DNA from: Macrostomum hystrix
Taxonomy: Eukaryota > Animalia > Platyhelminthes
Reading direction: 5' to 3'
Assembly (NCBI GenBank): GCA_950097015.1
Contig: CATNEN010000038.1
Location: 30,566,001-30,630,000 of the forward strand
Length of the DNA: 64,000 bases
Shown here: positions 26,744 through 40,000 of the stretch, in pieces
Numbering within the stretch: the first letter of the stretch is position 1
Layout: every line of letters starts with the position of its first letter
Translations under genes and position numbers: made by a program
Notes under the pieces: model-generated
The model's database searches: none
What the model saw: the letters and a program-made list of their open reading frames with translations, nothing else
Told to the model about the DNA's origin: nothing

Positions 26744-26806
26744 GTTTTATCGTTCAATGAGTCAACACCTTGTCCTTAGCAGGCTCAATCGGAATTCTGA
26801 TTGAAT

Positions 26807-27172
26807 CTACTTGGCGCTGGTGTACTTGGTGACAGCCTTGGTGCCCTCGCTGACGGCGTGCTTGGCCAGCTCGCCAGGCAGCAGGAGGCGCACGGCAGTC
26901 TGGATCTCCCGACTGCTGATGGTGCTGCGCTTGTTGTAGTGAGCCAGGCGGCTAGCCTCGCCAGCGATGCGCTCGAACACGTCGTTGACGAAGCTATTCA
27001 TAATCATCATGGCCTTGCTGGAGATGCCAGTGTCCGGATGCACCTGACGCAGAACCTTGTAGATGTAGATGGCGTACGACTCCTTCCTGCGCCTCTTGCG
27101 CTTCTTGTCAGACTTCGGGGCCTTGGCCTTGCTGGCCTTTTTGGCAGCCTTACCACTGACTTTCGGCGGCAT
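26807..27172 (-). CDS. H2B: Histone H2B (replication-dependent type)
   Basis: Full H2B sequence [27 protein letters not shown]...[25 protein letters not shown]; intronless; 3' stem-loop present. Confidence 0.99.
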   Translation of the reverse strand: MPPKVSGKAAKKASKAKAPKSDKKRKRRRKESYAIYIYKVLRQVHPDTGISSKAMMIMNSFVNDVFERIAGEASRLAHYNKRSTISSREIQTAVRLLLPGELAKHAVSEGTKAVTKYTSAK

Positions 27173-27962
27173 TTCGAAATGTGTCTCTAAACGAATGAAT
27201 AATCTGAGTAGGCGGATATAGGAGTGATGTCGGATGTGGACTTAGCATCAAATTATATTCCGTGATGTGAGGTTGGTTAAGTTGAAATTTTACCCCGATC
27301 GATAATTTTGTCATTTGCCTTTCCGCCAATGAGCGAGCTCCAATTTTCAGGTCCGAAGTTCTGCGAATGTGCTTCTTATCCTACTGTTATGGAGATGTAT
27401 AGATTTCGTAGAGTTTTTATCGCAAATTTAATTTTTGTTACTTCGATTTTATATTAAACTTTCGACTTTGTTTTTTCGAATCTAGAATTAAAAAAAAATT
27501 TTGAAAGACCAGTAATTTAGAATGGTAGCATATAGCAGTAAAGCAAACTTTAGCTACAGGAGCGAGTTTAAAGCTATACTTGATCAGGAGATATATATAT
27601 ATTTACAGATAATTCTTCCAAGGAGGACAGTGGACAAGGCGAACTCAAAAATCAATCAAGCAACCGAATTTGATATTTTTGTGAGAAATAATGTTAATTA
27701 GAGGTGCTAAGCAACTTCTCAAGAAAGACTTCACAATTAATAGCAACTTGTGCACAGTAAGTATAAAGCATTAAAAAACTGAAAAGGGGGATATGTTCAT
27801 TCGTTGCTACTTTAAGTAAGCAAAGGAGTACGAAATTTCTTTATTTACTCAATTGTGAGCGCAGAAATTTTTCAAGTCCCGCAAAACAATTCGTCAAGCG
27901 AGTAAATTAGTGTTCTCAAAAGTTTACAAAACTAAATTATCATTGCGCGTGAAATTTTCCTT

Positions 27963-28036
27963 TCATACGACAACTTCGTAGACAATTTTTTTCTGGCGCA
28001 CTGAGCAGCCGCCGTCGAATGAGTAGGGATCTGTGT
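27963..28036 (-). CDS. Echinoid-like terminal exon (NTDPYSFDGGCSVRQKKIVYEVVV*)
   Basis: ttgcag| acceptor, phase 1, TGA at 27965-27963. Minus-strand AATAAA near 27840-27845. Confidence 0.8.
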
Positions 28037-31000
28037 CTGCAAGGTTTGATGTCGGGAGTTAGATTTTAATTGTTAACTTTCTCGTCCTATTTTTCCATCA
28101 AAGTAACACTCACTTCTATTATCTTCTGGAAAAACAAAATGCTGCTGCTGCTGCTGCTGCGCTGGATAGCAAAACAGAGCCGGATTGGACACTGAGGCTG
28201 AAATGGGACACGGGATTATCCCATTGTTAGACTGGATTTTATCCCATTTTTATTAATCGGAATATCTAATTGTTAGGCTTGTCTTCTTTCTCTTAGACTG
28301 AGGATAATTGCATTGAGAGAGTGAGAATGATCCCATTTTTAGACTGATGAATATCCCATAGTTACTTATTGGAATATCACATTGTTACTAATTTTAATAT
28401 CCGATTGTTACAATTTTAATACCCGACTGTTACTATTTTAATCCCATTGTTAGTCTGGGAAAGACATTGTTAAATGATCTCTGGTGACACTCACAGTCCA
28501 ATGGGTTGTGTCCGCTGCCCAGCGTTGCGAACACGACGTTACCTCCGCTTCGACGCCAATCGCCGAAGTTCGACGGCAGCTGGTGCTGCTGCTGCTGATA
28601 CAGCCTTTGACTATCCTGACTGGCTGAGGCACTGCCAGCGATCGCCGACTCCACCGACTTCGATTGCGCAAATGTTGAACTTCTTCTATTGGACATTGCG
28701 TCGATACCGCTAGAAGCATGCGACGACTGCGCTGTCAGCAGCGGCTTGTTGACCCTGCCGACGACTCCTCCTGAATTGGCCGCCGCGGCAGCCGCCGCCA
28801 CCGCTGCAATATCGTCGGCGGAGAACGACTCATGCGGCGGTACCATGGCGTACGGCTTACCGACGACACTGTCAGCACCGACACCGTCTGGAACCTGACC
28901 GTATTGGCACTGGGACGACGGCGAACTTGGCTGCAGACGAGCGCTGAAATAATTCAACGAATGGGTTCACGTTAACAGTACAACTACCAATTTTGCAAGG
29001 GGGGGGGAGGATTTCCGCCCCTGAAAATTTTCTGTGCTGCACCCTGTTGTAAATGAATAGTAGCGAGTCAGCCAAGTTAGTATCCGAAACTTTCACGCCA
29101 AGTTGGCTCTCAGTATTTGGAATATATATATTCTGCGCCAATCGATATCAGAGGTGTACATGTACGAACTATGTACGTGCATTAATCAACTGCACAACAT
29201 TCACCTTCCCTTTCAAAGGATAGAGCAACGAAAGTAATTATGCAAATATTGAGCAGGAAATAAAAGTGCATTACCAAGCATCGAAGGAGTAAAATGATCA
29301 TTTTATGCAACAGGTACTTCAAAGAGAATTAAATCGAAACAGCTGATCGCTAATAACAGCTGAATAACCGTCACTAATAAACGAGTCAGTGAGTCACGAT
29401 TTCACCGTACCATTGCGGCGGCGCTCGCGGCCTTGAGCTCACTCGGATCGCTGTCTGGGCTGGCTGCTGCTGTCTCGCTGGGTCTGCCGCCGTCGCCGCC
29501 TCCGCGGCTGTCCCGGCTGCGCTGGGAGCCGGCGCTGGCCAGTGCGGCAGCGCTCCGGCTGGCCGCGGTACCCGGACGCAGTTGTCGACGTGCCAGCGGG
29601 AGCCATCGCTGAGGATGACGGTGGTCGCGCTCGCAATCCGGGAGATCTGCCGTGGCTCGGACAGGCGGCTGCTCAGCTTGCCGCGGGCGAACGGTCGCTT
29701 CACGCGCACCCAGTCGCCGACTATGAACGTGGGCGGCGGCCTCCGGGTCGTGTTGAGCTGATCGAAAACGCGCTGCTGCCTCCGCTTGATGCTGGCCGCC
29801 AGTCTGTGCCGCGCTGTTGTCCTTGGCTGCAGAGCTGTCAACGGGGTGCTGATCTTCCGGCCTGTCATGAGCTCCGCCGGTGACACTCCAGTCAGTGCAT
29901 GTGGGGTGGCCCTGTACGACCACAGCAGCGTCTTCACCGCGTCCTTGAAGTCGTAGCCCTCCTCTAGGTGCGTCTTTAGGCCGTCCTTGAGAAAACGGTT
30001 GAAGCGCTCTACGGCCGCGTTGCCCTGGGGGTGGTAGTGCGGTGACTGCCGGTGCCGGATGCCGCAGCGCTGAAGAAAATCCTCGAAATCGCCGGACACG
30101 AACTGCGGACCTCCGTCTGTTTTAATGCTCTTCGGCAGGCCCCAGCGGCTAAACCACGTTGTCAGGGCGTCGATGACATCCGCGCTTGTGACAGTCGACA
30201 TGCAGGCAGCCTCCGGCCACTTTGAATGCAAATCGTACAGCACCAGGATGAAGCGACAGGAGTTCGGTGCAGAGTGCAGCTCCCCGAAGATGTCGAGCTG
30301 GAGTTCCTCCCATGGACGCGTCGGCCACTTCGTAGGGGTCAGGACCGTCTTGGGTGGCTTAAAGTTCTTCTCGCTAAGCAGGCAGGCCTCGCAATGTCGC
30401 ACAAATTCCTCGATATGCTGATCGATTTGCGGCCACCAGACTGCGTCCCGGCAATGCTGCTTCATTTTGCTCACGCCGAGGTGCCCGAAATGCGCCAGCT
30501 GCAGCGTCTTCTCCCTCAGGGATGCGGGGATTACTGCTCGGGTGCCGTTGGCCAGGCACTTGCCGTCATTCCAGAGCGCCAGTTGCGTCCGCATCCTCCA
30601 GAACGGCTGCAGCTCCGGCTTCAGCTGCTTGATGGAGTTAGGCCACCCCTGGAGCGTCATTGTGACCGCATCATTGATCACCGGGTCCTGCAGGGATGCC
30701 TCGGCCAGTTCGCTTGGACTGACAATCTCCAGCGCGCCCGACAGCAGTACGGCATTCACTTGGAGCTCGGTCGAGTCCTCTTCGCTTTGCCTTGGGCATT
30801 TTGCTCCGAGAGTGCCGTGGCGCGACAAAAAATCTGGCACGATGTTCTTCTTGCCAGGAACGTGGCAGACTTGGAAGTCGTACGCGAGCAGGCGGTCGGC
30901 CCATCGATGAAGCCGCAGAGGCCGGTGGCCGCTGCCTTGAGCCGTCAGCAGCGTCGTCAGAGCCTGGTGGTCCGTGTGCAGCTCGAATCTCCGGCCGAAC

Positions 31001-34000
31001 AGGAAATAGTGCCATCTCTCGCACGCGAAGATGCACGCGAGAGCCTCTCTCTCTGATGCGGAGTACTTGCGCTCGGTCGCTGACAGGGTCCTTGACGCGA
31101 AAGCGACTGGTCTTCGAACCCCGGCGCTGTCGTCTTGCATCAGCACGGCCCCCAGAGCGTGCGCGGAGCTGTCGCAGGCCACGATGATCTTGTCGTCGGG
31201 ACTGAAGAATCGCAAGCATGTTGGGGACACCACCATCTTCTTGAGCCTCCAAAAGGCCTTTTGGCAATCTGTTGTCCAGTTCCAGGGCTGCTCTTTGCGA
31301 AGTAGCAGCAGCAGCGGCTCGGCGATGTCGGACAGGTTGTGCAGAAAGTTGGAATAGAATTTAACCATTCCCAGAAATGAGGCCACTGCCTCGGCGTTCT
31401 GGGGCTCCGGCACCGCCTCGATGTCTTCAACGTTAGACTGCATCGGCTGAAGTCCTCTCGCGGAGACGATGTAGCCCAGGAACTGCACTGTCTCTGCAGC
31501 CCACTGGCACTTTGAGGCGTTGAGCGTGACGCCATGGGCGAGCAGCTTGTCCAGCACTGTCGTGAGCCGCCGCAGGTGCTCCGCCTCGTTGGCAGCGTGC
31601 ACCACTATGTCGTCGATGTAGTGCAGCGTCCCGGAACAGCCATGGAGAATCTTGCTGAGAACTTTCTGGAAGGCCGCCGGGGCGCTGTTTAGGCCATAGC
31701 ATACGCGCTTGTACCGGTACAGCCCTTTCTCCGTAATGAAGGCCGTTAAGTCCCGCCTATCTTCTGCTAGCTCCAACTGCAGATACGAAGAATTTAAATC
31801 CAGCTTAGTGAACACGGTCGAGCCCTTGAACTCCGTTGTCAGCTCCTCGAATGTCGGCAGCGGCTGCTTATCCGGAACTATGGCCTTGTTTGGGCACCTG
31901 AGGTCATTGCAGACCCTGATTTTGCCATCAGGCTTCGGGACGATCACCAGGTTCGAAATCCACTCTGAAGCCTGGATCTCCTCGATGATGTCATCCTCCA
32001 GCAGCTGGTCAATCTCCGCCTGGACTTTGTCTTTGATGCTAAGTGGGATGCGGCGTAGCGATTGCGCCACCGGGGGCACGGCGGGGTTCAGCCTGGGCCG
32101 GTGCTCGAATCCTCGGATCCGCCCGAGTCCCTGCGTCAGTGGCTTGAAGCGCTCGGCCAGCCAGACCGGTAGCTCTGCCGTTTTTTCGACTGTGCGCACG
32201 AGGTCGCCGTCCTTGTCCACCACCTGGAAGCTGAGGTGCTGCATCAGATCCGTTCCCATGATGTCGGAGCCTTGCCGTACCACGGTAAAGCAGAAAAATG
32301 GCACCAGCTGGCCGCGATAGCTGACGGACAGCACCGCCTCGCCGACGACATCGATTGCCTTGCCGTTGTACGCGATGAGTTTCTTGGTCGACGGCTGGAG
32401 TGGCGACCGGTTTCCGAGCTTCCTGAAGGTCCTCTCTGACAGGATGGACACCTTGGCTCCCGAGTCTACAAGCAGATTCAGCCAGATGCCATGCACCTTC
32501 AGCCGGCAGCGGATGTCGGGACTAGCGGCGCCGCGCACCATGTACACGGCTTGGCCGCTCTCGTCCATGACCTCGGCGACCTTGTCGCCCTGCGACCTGC
32601 ACATCCGGCCGAAATGGTTCGCCTTCCCGCAGACATGACAACTCTTGCCTTCAGCTGGACACCGGGCTCGTCTGTTGTGCCCGCCTCCGCACTTGGAGCA
32701 TGACTCTCGATCTGGTCGCCCTTGTCCCGTGTTCTTCCTGTCTGGTTGTAGTCGGACTCTCTTCACCTCTTCTTCCAGCTGTGCTCCGGCCGCGGCTGCG
32801 CCTTCCGTCTCTATCGCGCTGGCCTCAGCGATGCTGGTCTCCCATTGCTGGCTCAGCGTCACTGCCTTCTGCAGCGTCAGGCCGTCCTCGATCAGCAAGC
32901 GCTCTCGAATTCGCCTGTCGCTGACCTTCTCCACGATCTGGTCGCGGATCATTTCTTCCATCATGTCGCGGAACTCACATGAGCCAGCCAGAGCATACAG
33001 AGCCGCCACGAAGTCCGCAATCTTTTCACCCGGACGCTGACTGCGCTGCCGAAACTTGTGGCGCTCCGCCACCACGTTGACTTTGGCTCCGAACTGCTCG
33101 TCCAGAATCGCGACTGTCGCCGCGAGTTCTGTCGGACTCGGCCTCTTCGTTGCTGCCACAGCCGCAAAGACTCGCTGCCCTTCCGCGCCAAGGCAGTGCA
33201 GCAACAGCGCGCGCCTCCTCGCTTCCGGCAAAGTGTCGTAGCCGGCCGCAAGTAAGTAGTTCTCAAAGAGGGCCTTCCACTCTTTCCACGGCCTCGCCGG
33301 TCGGCCCGGCTGCGGCAGGAATTGATCCGGCGGCGATACGCTGATCCGCGGCGCTTCTGCTGAGTTGCTGTCACTCGTCATGTTTCAGTTTGCACTTTTG
33401 CAGTTTGGCGCTGTTGTTTACGCTTGGCTTGGCAGGCTTGCAGTCACTTCACTTCAGTCTACTCCGACCCCGGCTTATTGGGGTGGGTGTTCGCTTGAGC
33501 TTGCGATGCCAATGTTGTAAATGAATAGTAGCGAGTCAGCCAAGTTAGTATCCGAAACTTTCACGCCAAGTTGGCTCTCAGTATTTGGAATATATATATT
33601 CTGCGCCAATCGATATCAGAGGTGTACATGTACGAACTATGTACGTGCATTAATCAACTGCACAACACACCCGAACGGAGCAACGCAAGCACACGAAACT
33701 CAAGAACAAGGGCAATTTTCGTTGCATATGATTTTGCTAAGTAGTTTTTGTTACTTCTGAATCAAGAATCAAGTCGACTGCTCCTCAGACCGTCGAGATA
33801 TTCCAATGTTTCTGGTCGAAGGTCAGATTTTTCCCATAAGCGCTAGTGTATTACGTACACCCCTTTACGCTCCTCAGTGCGGCCTTGCCAGGCCATCAAA
33901 ATTTATCAGCATGTCACCCGAATTGCCTGCATCATCTCCGTCTTTTGGGTGGTCATTGTCTTTTATCTAGACGGACTGCTGGACACCTTCAAGGGCTACA

Positions 34001-37000
34001 ATAGGGGAAACTAGGCCACTATGGACAGCCTGACGCGAGTTTCTCCAATTTCACTATTATGCGCAGCTCAACCACAGGACACCATCGCCTAGTCTGTCAA
34101 CCAATCAGCCACCACGGGCGGCAAAATGGCTTGGTAATTTATAACTGTTAATTAATACGCATTTCGCTACTATAAGTAGAGTATCGGATGCATCTGATAC
34201 AAACAAGCGCTTACAAAACAGAGAATTTTGTGTACAATTGCCCTGACTTTTCTCATATTTTCAGGCAGTGTACACTCTCGCTGTGCCCCTGAAAGGTCAG
34301 TCCCTCTTCGACGTAAATTAGGGCAACAAAGTCCTTAAGAGCGGCCGAAGCTATGTTTCTTAGAAAACGTATTGGGATGCATTTTTTATTCAAGGATGCA
34401 TACCTAAAGTTAAAATTTTTATGTAACTTACCTATAATGTTGCTCCAACGAATTTTATTTAGCTTTATTCCTGATAAATGGAACTAACAGGGTCTAAGCA
34501 TATAAAAACAAGTGATCAAAGCTGGAGTCTAAGGAGTAAAGACCTGATCCAGAATAGAAAAAACAAAAAGCTTGTCTTGCTAGTGGCTTTTGTATCTTAA
34601 TGCATAGCGGAGAGTATTGCATAGAGAAAGGGAAATACGAGTATATAATATAAAATATCCGCAGTGTATTTTTCTGCGAAAACCAGCTAGTCTCAGAAAC
34701 CTTTTATAAGAAACATTGCCAGCCTCGAGGTCCTCGAGGTGGCAGTGGCAGGGCGGCTAACGCGTTTGCCTCTCGCACGACGGTCCCTGAGCTCGATTCC
34801 GCGGCGAGGCCACATTCATTTGGGGTGCAGCATGAAAGGCTTGGGGGCTTGTCATGGAATTTACGCCCTTGAAGGCCAACCTCCAAGGTACAGTGAGAGT
34901 GTACACTGCCTGACAATGAGAAAGTCAGAGCAGATGTCACACCTGTGTGAGTGTGTGCCTGCGTACAGTATTTGTGTGCGTGTGTGCTCAGGAGTCAGCG
35001 AAATGGGCAGAATTGCCTCCTCGCTGGCTGCGGGTCTAGTGTCACCAAATGATGTGCCATTGCCCGCAGCCCTCCTGTAATTGTTATTATTTTTATAGCC
35101 AGACTAGCGACGGATTCGAACTCGGGACCTTCAGGCGAGGAATCGGACTCCCTTATCGCTCAGCAACCCAATAGGAGTGCCACTATAGTCTAACCATATA
35201 ATTAGCATTCGAAAATATACACTTAACAACATTTCATCACGCCAAGAGAAGATTCAGCTTCGCTAAACCAGAAAATTTGCCCCAAGTGGCTGCAGTTCTG
35301 CCAGCGCGAACGGCTGGAATGGAAATCCCTGTCACTCAATCTCCTGTTTAGAGGGCTTGGGCTGATTTCGTGTCCTCAACAAACTAGTTTTACTCCCAGC
35401 CCTGCAGTGCCGAATGAGGATTTTACTGACAGTCTGGTAGTTCTGGTGGAGGGCTCGAGCAGATCATTGATCCGCGAGAGTGGAGACAGGGTCTCAAGTT
35501 GTTACGCAATCATCCATACTTAAGAGATTTGGGAGAGGAATGACAGCTGAGTTTGAATGATTTTATGTAGCTCATATAGTGGTAGAGCTATATATGCAAC
35601 AAAGTTGTCCCAGGAAAATTATCCTCAGAAAATTGAGAATAATCTGGTCAGAGCTTTAGCCAAGGATGAATTATATAGTGTGCTCAGGGTTGAATTTTGA
35701 GCAATTTTCAATATGCCTTAGCGACAGGTGGTTGCACGTTGCGTTGCTTTGAATAATAAGCAATTGGAATTTGAGAAGCACATAGCTGGCTTATGAACAG
35801 GTGGAATTTAGAAAGGAGAGTAAACAATCTAATACTTAACAATTGGTTCTGATGTGCAGCCGACAGCACAGCCAATTGGGCCATTGACTGTTGGGAAGAC
35901 ACACCAAACCTCAATTTTCCCAATTCTAGTACTGGTACACGTCTGGGTGAGCTAAAGAGTTAATGCAGAGCTAATTGTCTTCCTAATGGACAAAAATTGT
36001 TTCAGTGCAGTCGGGAATCGAACCCCCGACCTTCAAGTCGTGAATCCGGTGCTCTAACCACTAGGCTACAGTCCGTAAAGAATATAGCTATACATAAATC
36101 TATATATGACCCTGAGCTCGATTCCGCGGCGAGGCCACATTCATTTGGGGCGCAGCCGCCTAGAGAAGGCTTGGGGGCTTGTCGTGCAATTTACGCCTTT
36201 GAGGGCCGACCTCCAGGGCACAGGAGGTGTACACTGCCTGACGATGAGAAAGGCAGGGCAGATGTACACACCTGTGTACAATGTACCTGTGTACAGGGCA
36301 GATGTACACACCGGTATCCCCGGTAAGGTTCACGTGCCCAAGATGCGCGGAATCTTTCCTACAAGAAGCCACAAGCAAGAACCACATGAAAGTGTGCAGA
36401 GGAGAGAAAGAAACATCAGATGGTAAAATGGAATGTACTAGCTGCAACAGAGAAATATCGAAGTCGAACATGGCTCGCCACAGACGAGCCTGCAAGAACC
36501 CGATGGGACAAACGGCCGGGACACAGGCACAACCCGACAACGGAGTGGTGGCACGCAAGCACATCAGGAAGAGGAAGGACTGTGACAGGTGCGGCAGGAA
36601 CCTAACGGCCACTAACATGGCCAGGCACCAGCGCACATGCACAGGAAATTGACAGGTTCTCCAGGGCCCCATACCTCACGGTGACAAAGGGCGAAAGAAG
36701 AAGAAGAAGTACACACCTGTGTGAGTGTGTCCTTTAATTAGGAGTCAGCAAAGTTAGCGACTCAAAATTCATCTTTCGTGTTCCTACAATCGATGTAATC
36801 TGTGCTCGGCTAACTTACCTAGCAGCATTCGAAGATTCCATGTCCTTGTAGACCTTGGGCCGCTTGCAACAGAAATATGTTAGCACAGTGATTAGTACAA
36901 TGATCACCGCTGTACAACTGGCTCCGACAATTAAAATTGTACTGGTCTGAACTTCAGGCAATGTTGTCACTGAAATGTTAAGTAGAAATGGGTTTCATTT

Positions 37001-40000
37001 TCAATAAAGTTGAACGATCTCTTGTACAGCCAGAATCTCTTGTACAGCCAGATTCTCTTGTACAGCCAGATTCTCTTGTACAGCCAGATTCTCTTGCACA
37101 GCCAGATTCTCTTGTATAGCCAGATTCTCTTGTACAGCCAGAATCTCTTGTACAGCCAGATTCTCTTGCACAGCCAGATTCTCTTGTACAGCCAGATTCT
37201 CTTGCACAGCCAGATTCTCTTGTACAGCCAGATTCTCTTGCACAGCCAGATTCTCTTGTACAGCCAGATTCTCTTGTACAGCCAGAATCTCTTGTACAAC
37301 CAGATTCTCTTGTACAGCCAGAATCTCTTGTACAACCAGATTCTCTTGTACAGCCAGATTCTCTTGTACAGCCAGAATCTCTTGTACAACCAGATTCTCT
37401 TGTACAGCCAGAATCTCTTGTACAGCCAGATTCTCTTGTACAGCCAGATTCTCTTGTACAGCCAGAATCTCTTGTACAGCCAGAATCTCTTGTACAGACA
37501 GAACCTCTTGTAAAGCCAGAATCTCTTGTACAGCCAGAATCTCTTGTACAGCCAGATTCTCTTGTACAGCCAGAATCTCTTGTACAACCAGATTCTCTTG
37601 TACAGCCAGAATCTCTTGTACAGCCAGATTCTCTTGTACAGCCAGAATCTCTTGTACAGCCAGAATCTCTTGTACAGCCAGAATCTCTTGTACAGCCAGA
37701 TTCTCTTGTACAGCCAGAATCTCTTGTACAACCAGATTCTCTTGTACAGCCAGAATCTCTTGTACAGCCAGATTCTCTTGTACAGCCAGAATCTCTTGTA
37801 AAGCCAGAATCTCTTGTACAGCCAGAATCTCTTCTACAGCCAGAATCTCTTGTACAGCCAGATTCTCTTGTTCAACCAGATTCTCTTGTACGGCACAAAA
37901 TCTAACAAAGCTAATATGTGATTTTATTCTAAGAAATCGAATGACTCAAGGAGGATGTGAAACTATTAATTAGCTGTTTCGATGTCACCATGCCAACAAG
38001 GTTTAAAAAGTTGCCTGTAGTAATTATCTTTATCAAAGAAAATTGCTTGAGCAATTATGGATTACGCAACACACCTAAAATCAAACTGGCGGGAGATGAT
38101 GATGGGAGACAAAGATGGGAGAAGGATAGAGATGGGAGAATGACAAAGATGGGAGAAGAACAAAGATGGGAGAAGGATATAGATGGGAGAAGAATAGAGA
38201 TGGGAGAAGGTTACAGATGGGAGAAGGATAGAGATGGGAGAAGGAAAGAGATGGGAGAAGAATAGAGATGGGAGAAGGATAGAGATGGGAGAAGGAAAGA
38301 GATGGGAGAAGGAAAGAGATGGGAGAAGGATAGAGATGGGAGAAGGATAGAGATGGGAGAAGGATAGAGATGGGAGAAGGATAGAGATGGGAGAAGAATA
38401 GAGATGGGAGAAGGATAGAGATGGGAGAAGAATAGAGATGGGAGAAGAATAGAGATGGGAGAAGAATAGAGATGGGAGAAGAATAGAGATGGGAGAAGAA
38501 TAGAGATGGGAGAAGTATAGAGATGGGAGAAGGATAGAGATGGGAGAAGAATAGAGATGAGAGAAGGATAGAGATGGGAGAAGGATAGAGATGAGAGAAG
38601 AATAGAGATGAGAGAAGGATAGAGATGGGAGAAGGACAAAGATGGGAGAAGGATAGAGATGGGAGAAGGACAAAGATGGGAGAAGGATAGAGATGGGAGA
38701 AGAATAGAGATGGGAGAAGGATAGAGATGGGAGAAGGACAAAGATGGGAGAAGGATAGAGATGGGAGAAGAATAGAGATGGGAGAAGGATAGAGATGGGA
38801 GAAGAATAGAGATGGGAGAAGGATAGAGATGGGAGAAGAATAAAGATGGGAGAAGGTTACAGATGGGAGAAGGATAGAGATGGGAGAAGAATAGAGATGG
38901 GAGAAGAATAGAGATGGGAGAAGGACAAAGATGGGAGAAGGATAGAGATGGGAGAAGAATAGAGATGGGAGAAGGATAGAGATGGGAGAAGGACAAAGAT
39001 GGGAGAAGGATAGAGATGGGAGAAGAATAGAGATGGGAGAAGGATAGAGATGGGAGAAGGACAAAGATGGGAGAAGGATAGAGATGGGAGAAGAATAGAG
39101 ATGGGAGAAGAATAGAGATGGGAGAAGAATAGAGATGGGAGAAGAATAGAGATGGGAGAAGGAAAGAGATGGGAGAAGGACAAAGATGGGAGAAGGACAA
39201 AGATGGGAGAAGGATAGAGATGGGAGAAGAATAGAGATGGGAGAAGGAAAGAGATGGGAGAAGGACAAAGATGGGAGAAGGACAAAGATGGGAGAAGGAT
39301 AGAGATGGGAGAAGAATAGAGATGGGAGAAGGATAGAGATGGGAGAAGGACAAAGATGGGAGAAGGATAGAGATGGGAGAAGAATAGAGATGGGAGAAGA
39401 ATAGAGATGGGAGAAGAATAGAGATGGGAGAAGAATAGAGATGGGAGAAGAATAGAGATGGGAGAAGGATAGAGATGGGAGAAGGACAAAGATGGGAGAA
39501 GGATAGAGACGGGAGAAGAATAGAGATGGGAGAAGAATAGAGATGGGAGAAGAATAGAGATGAGAGAAGAATAGAGATGGGAGAAGGATAGAGATGGGAG
39601 AAGAATAGAGATGGGAGAAGGAAAGAGATGGGAGAAGGATAGAGATGGGAGAAGGAAAGAGATGGGAGAAGGAAAGAGATGGGAGAAGAATAGAGATGGG
39701 AGAAGAATAGAGATGGGAGAAGAATAGAGATGGGAGAAGAATAGAGATGGGAGAAGGAAAGAGATGGGAGAAGGAAAGAGATGGGAGAAGGATAGAGATG
39801 GGAGAAGTATAGAGATGGGAGAAGAATAGAGATGGGAGAAGAATAGAGATGGGAGAAGGATAGAGATGGGAGAAGGATAGAGATGGGAGAAGGATAGAGA
39901 TGAGAGAAGAATAGAGATGGGAGAAGAATAGAGATGGGAGAAGTATAGAGATGGGAGAAGGATAGAGATGGGAGAAGTATAGAGATGGGAGAAGAATAGA

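Larger units (their letters stand above)
29045..33667 (-). mobile_element. Complete Ty3/Gypsy LTR retrotransposon (Mag-like)
   Basis: Identical 155-bp LTRs TGTTG...CAACA (29045-29199, 33513-33667), 5-bp TSD CACCC on both sides, PBS TGGCATCGC after the 5' LTR, PPT GAAAGGGAAGGTGAA before the 3' LTR. Confidence 0.98.

Noticed and set aside
26801-27190. 129-aa ORF antisense to H2B
   Set aside because: Common antisense shadow of GC3-rich histone genes.
28433-28542. ORF-track ending (..LTMGLK*) as the receptor C-terminus
   Set aside because: A phase-compatible donor at 28542 leads to two further exons ending in the Echinoid-like EVVV motif. The read-through runs into a degenerate repeat, although it could be a minor isoform.
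29402-33374. Overlapping ORFs within the Gypsy element, including a possible env-like ORF at 29402-29923
   Set aside because: GC-rich shadow frames overlapping pol; no signal peptide or TM pattern.
35014-35085. GCCTCCTCGCTGGC in the SINE 3' part is identical to the P3/L3 of the genomic HDV ribozyme
   Set aside because: The GG needed for P1.1, a convincing P2 partner and the J4/2 catalytic C motif are missing. The best P1 partner lies downstream, and the motif is explained by simple hairpins.
36225-36275. ctgacgatgagaaa resembling a hammerhead core, as in schistosome SINEs
   Set aside because: No three-stem junction with CUGANGA / GAAA / NUH can be built; it folds as one hairpin.
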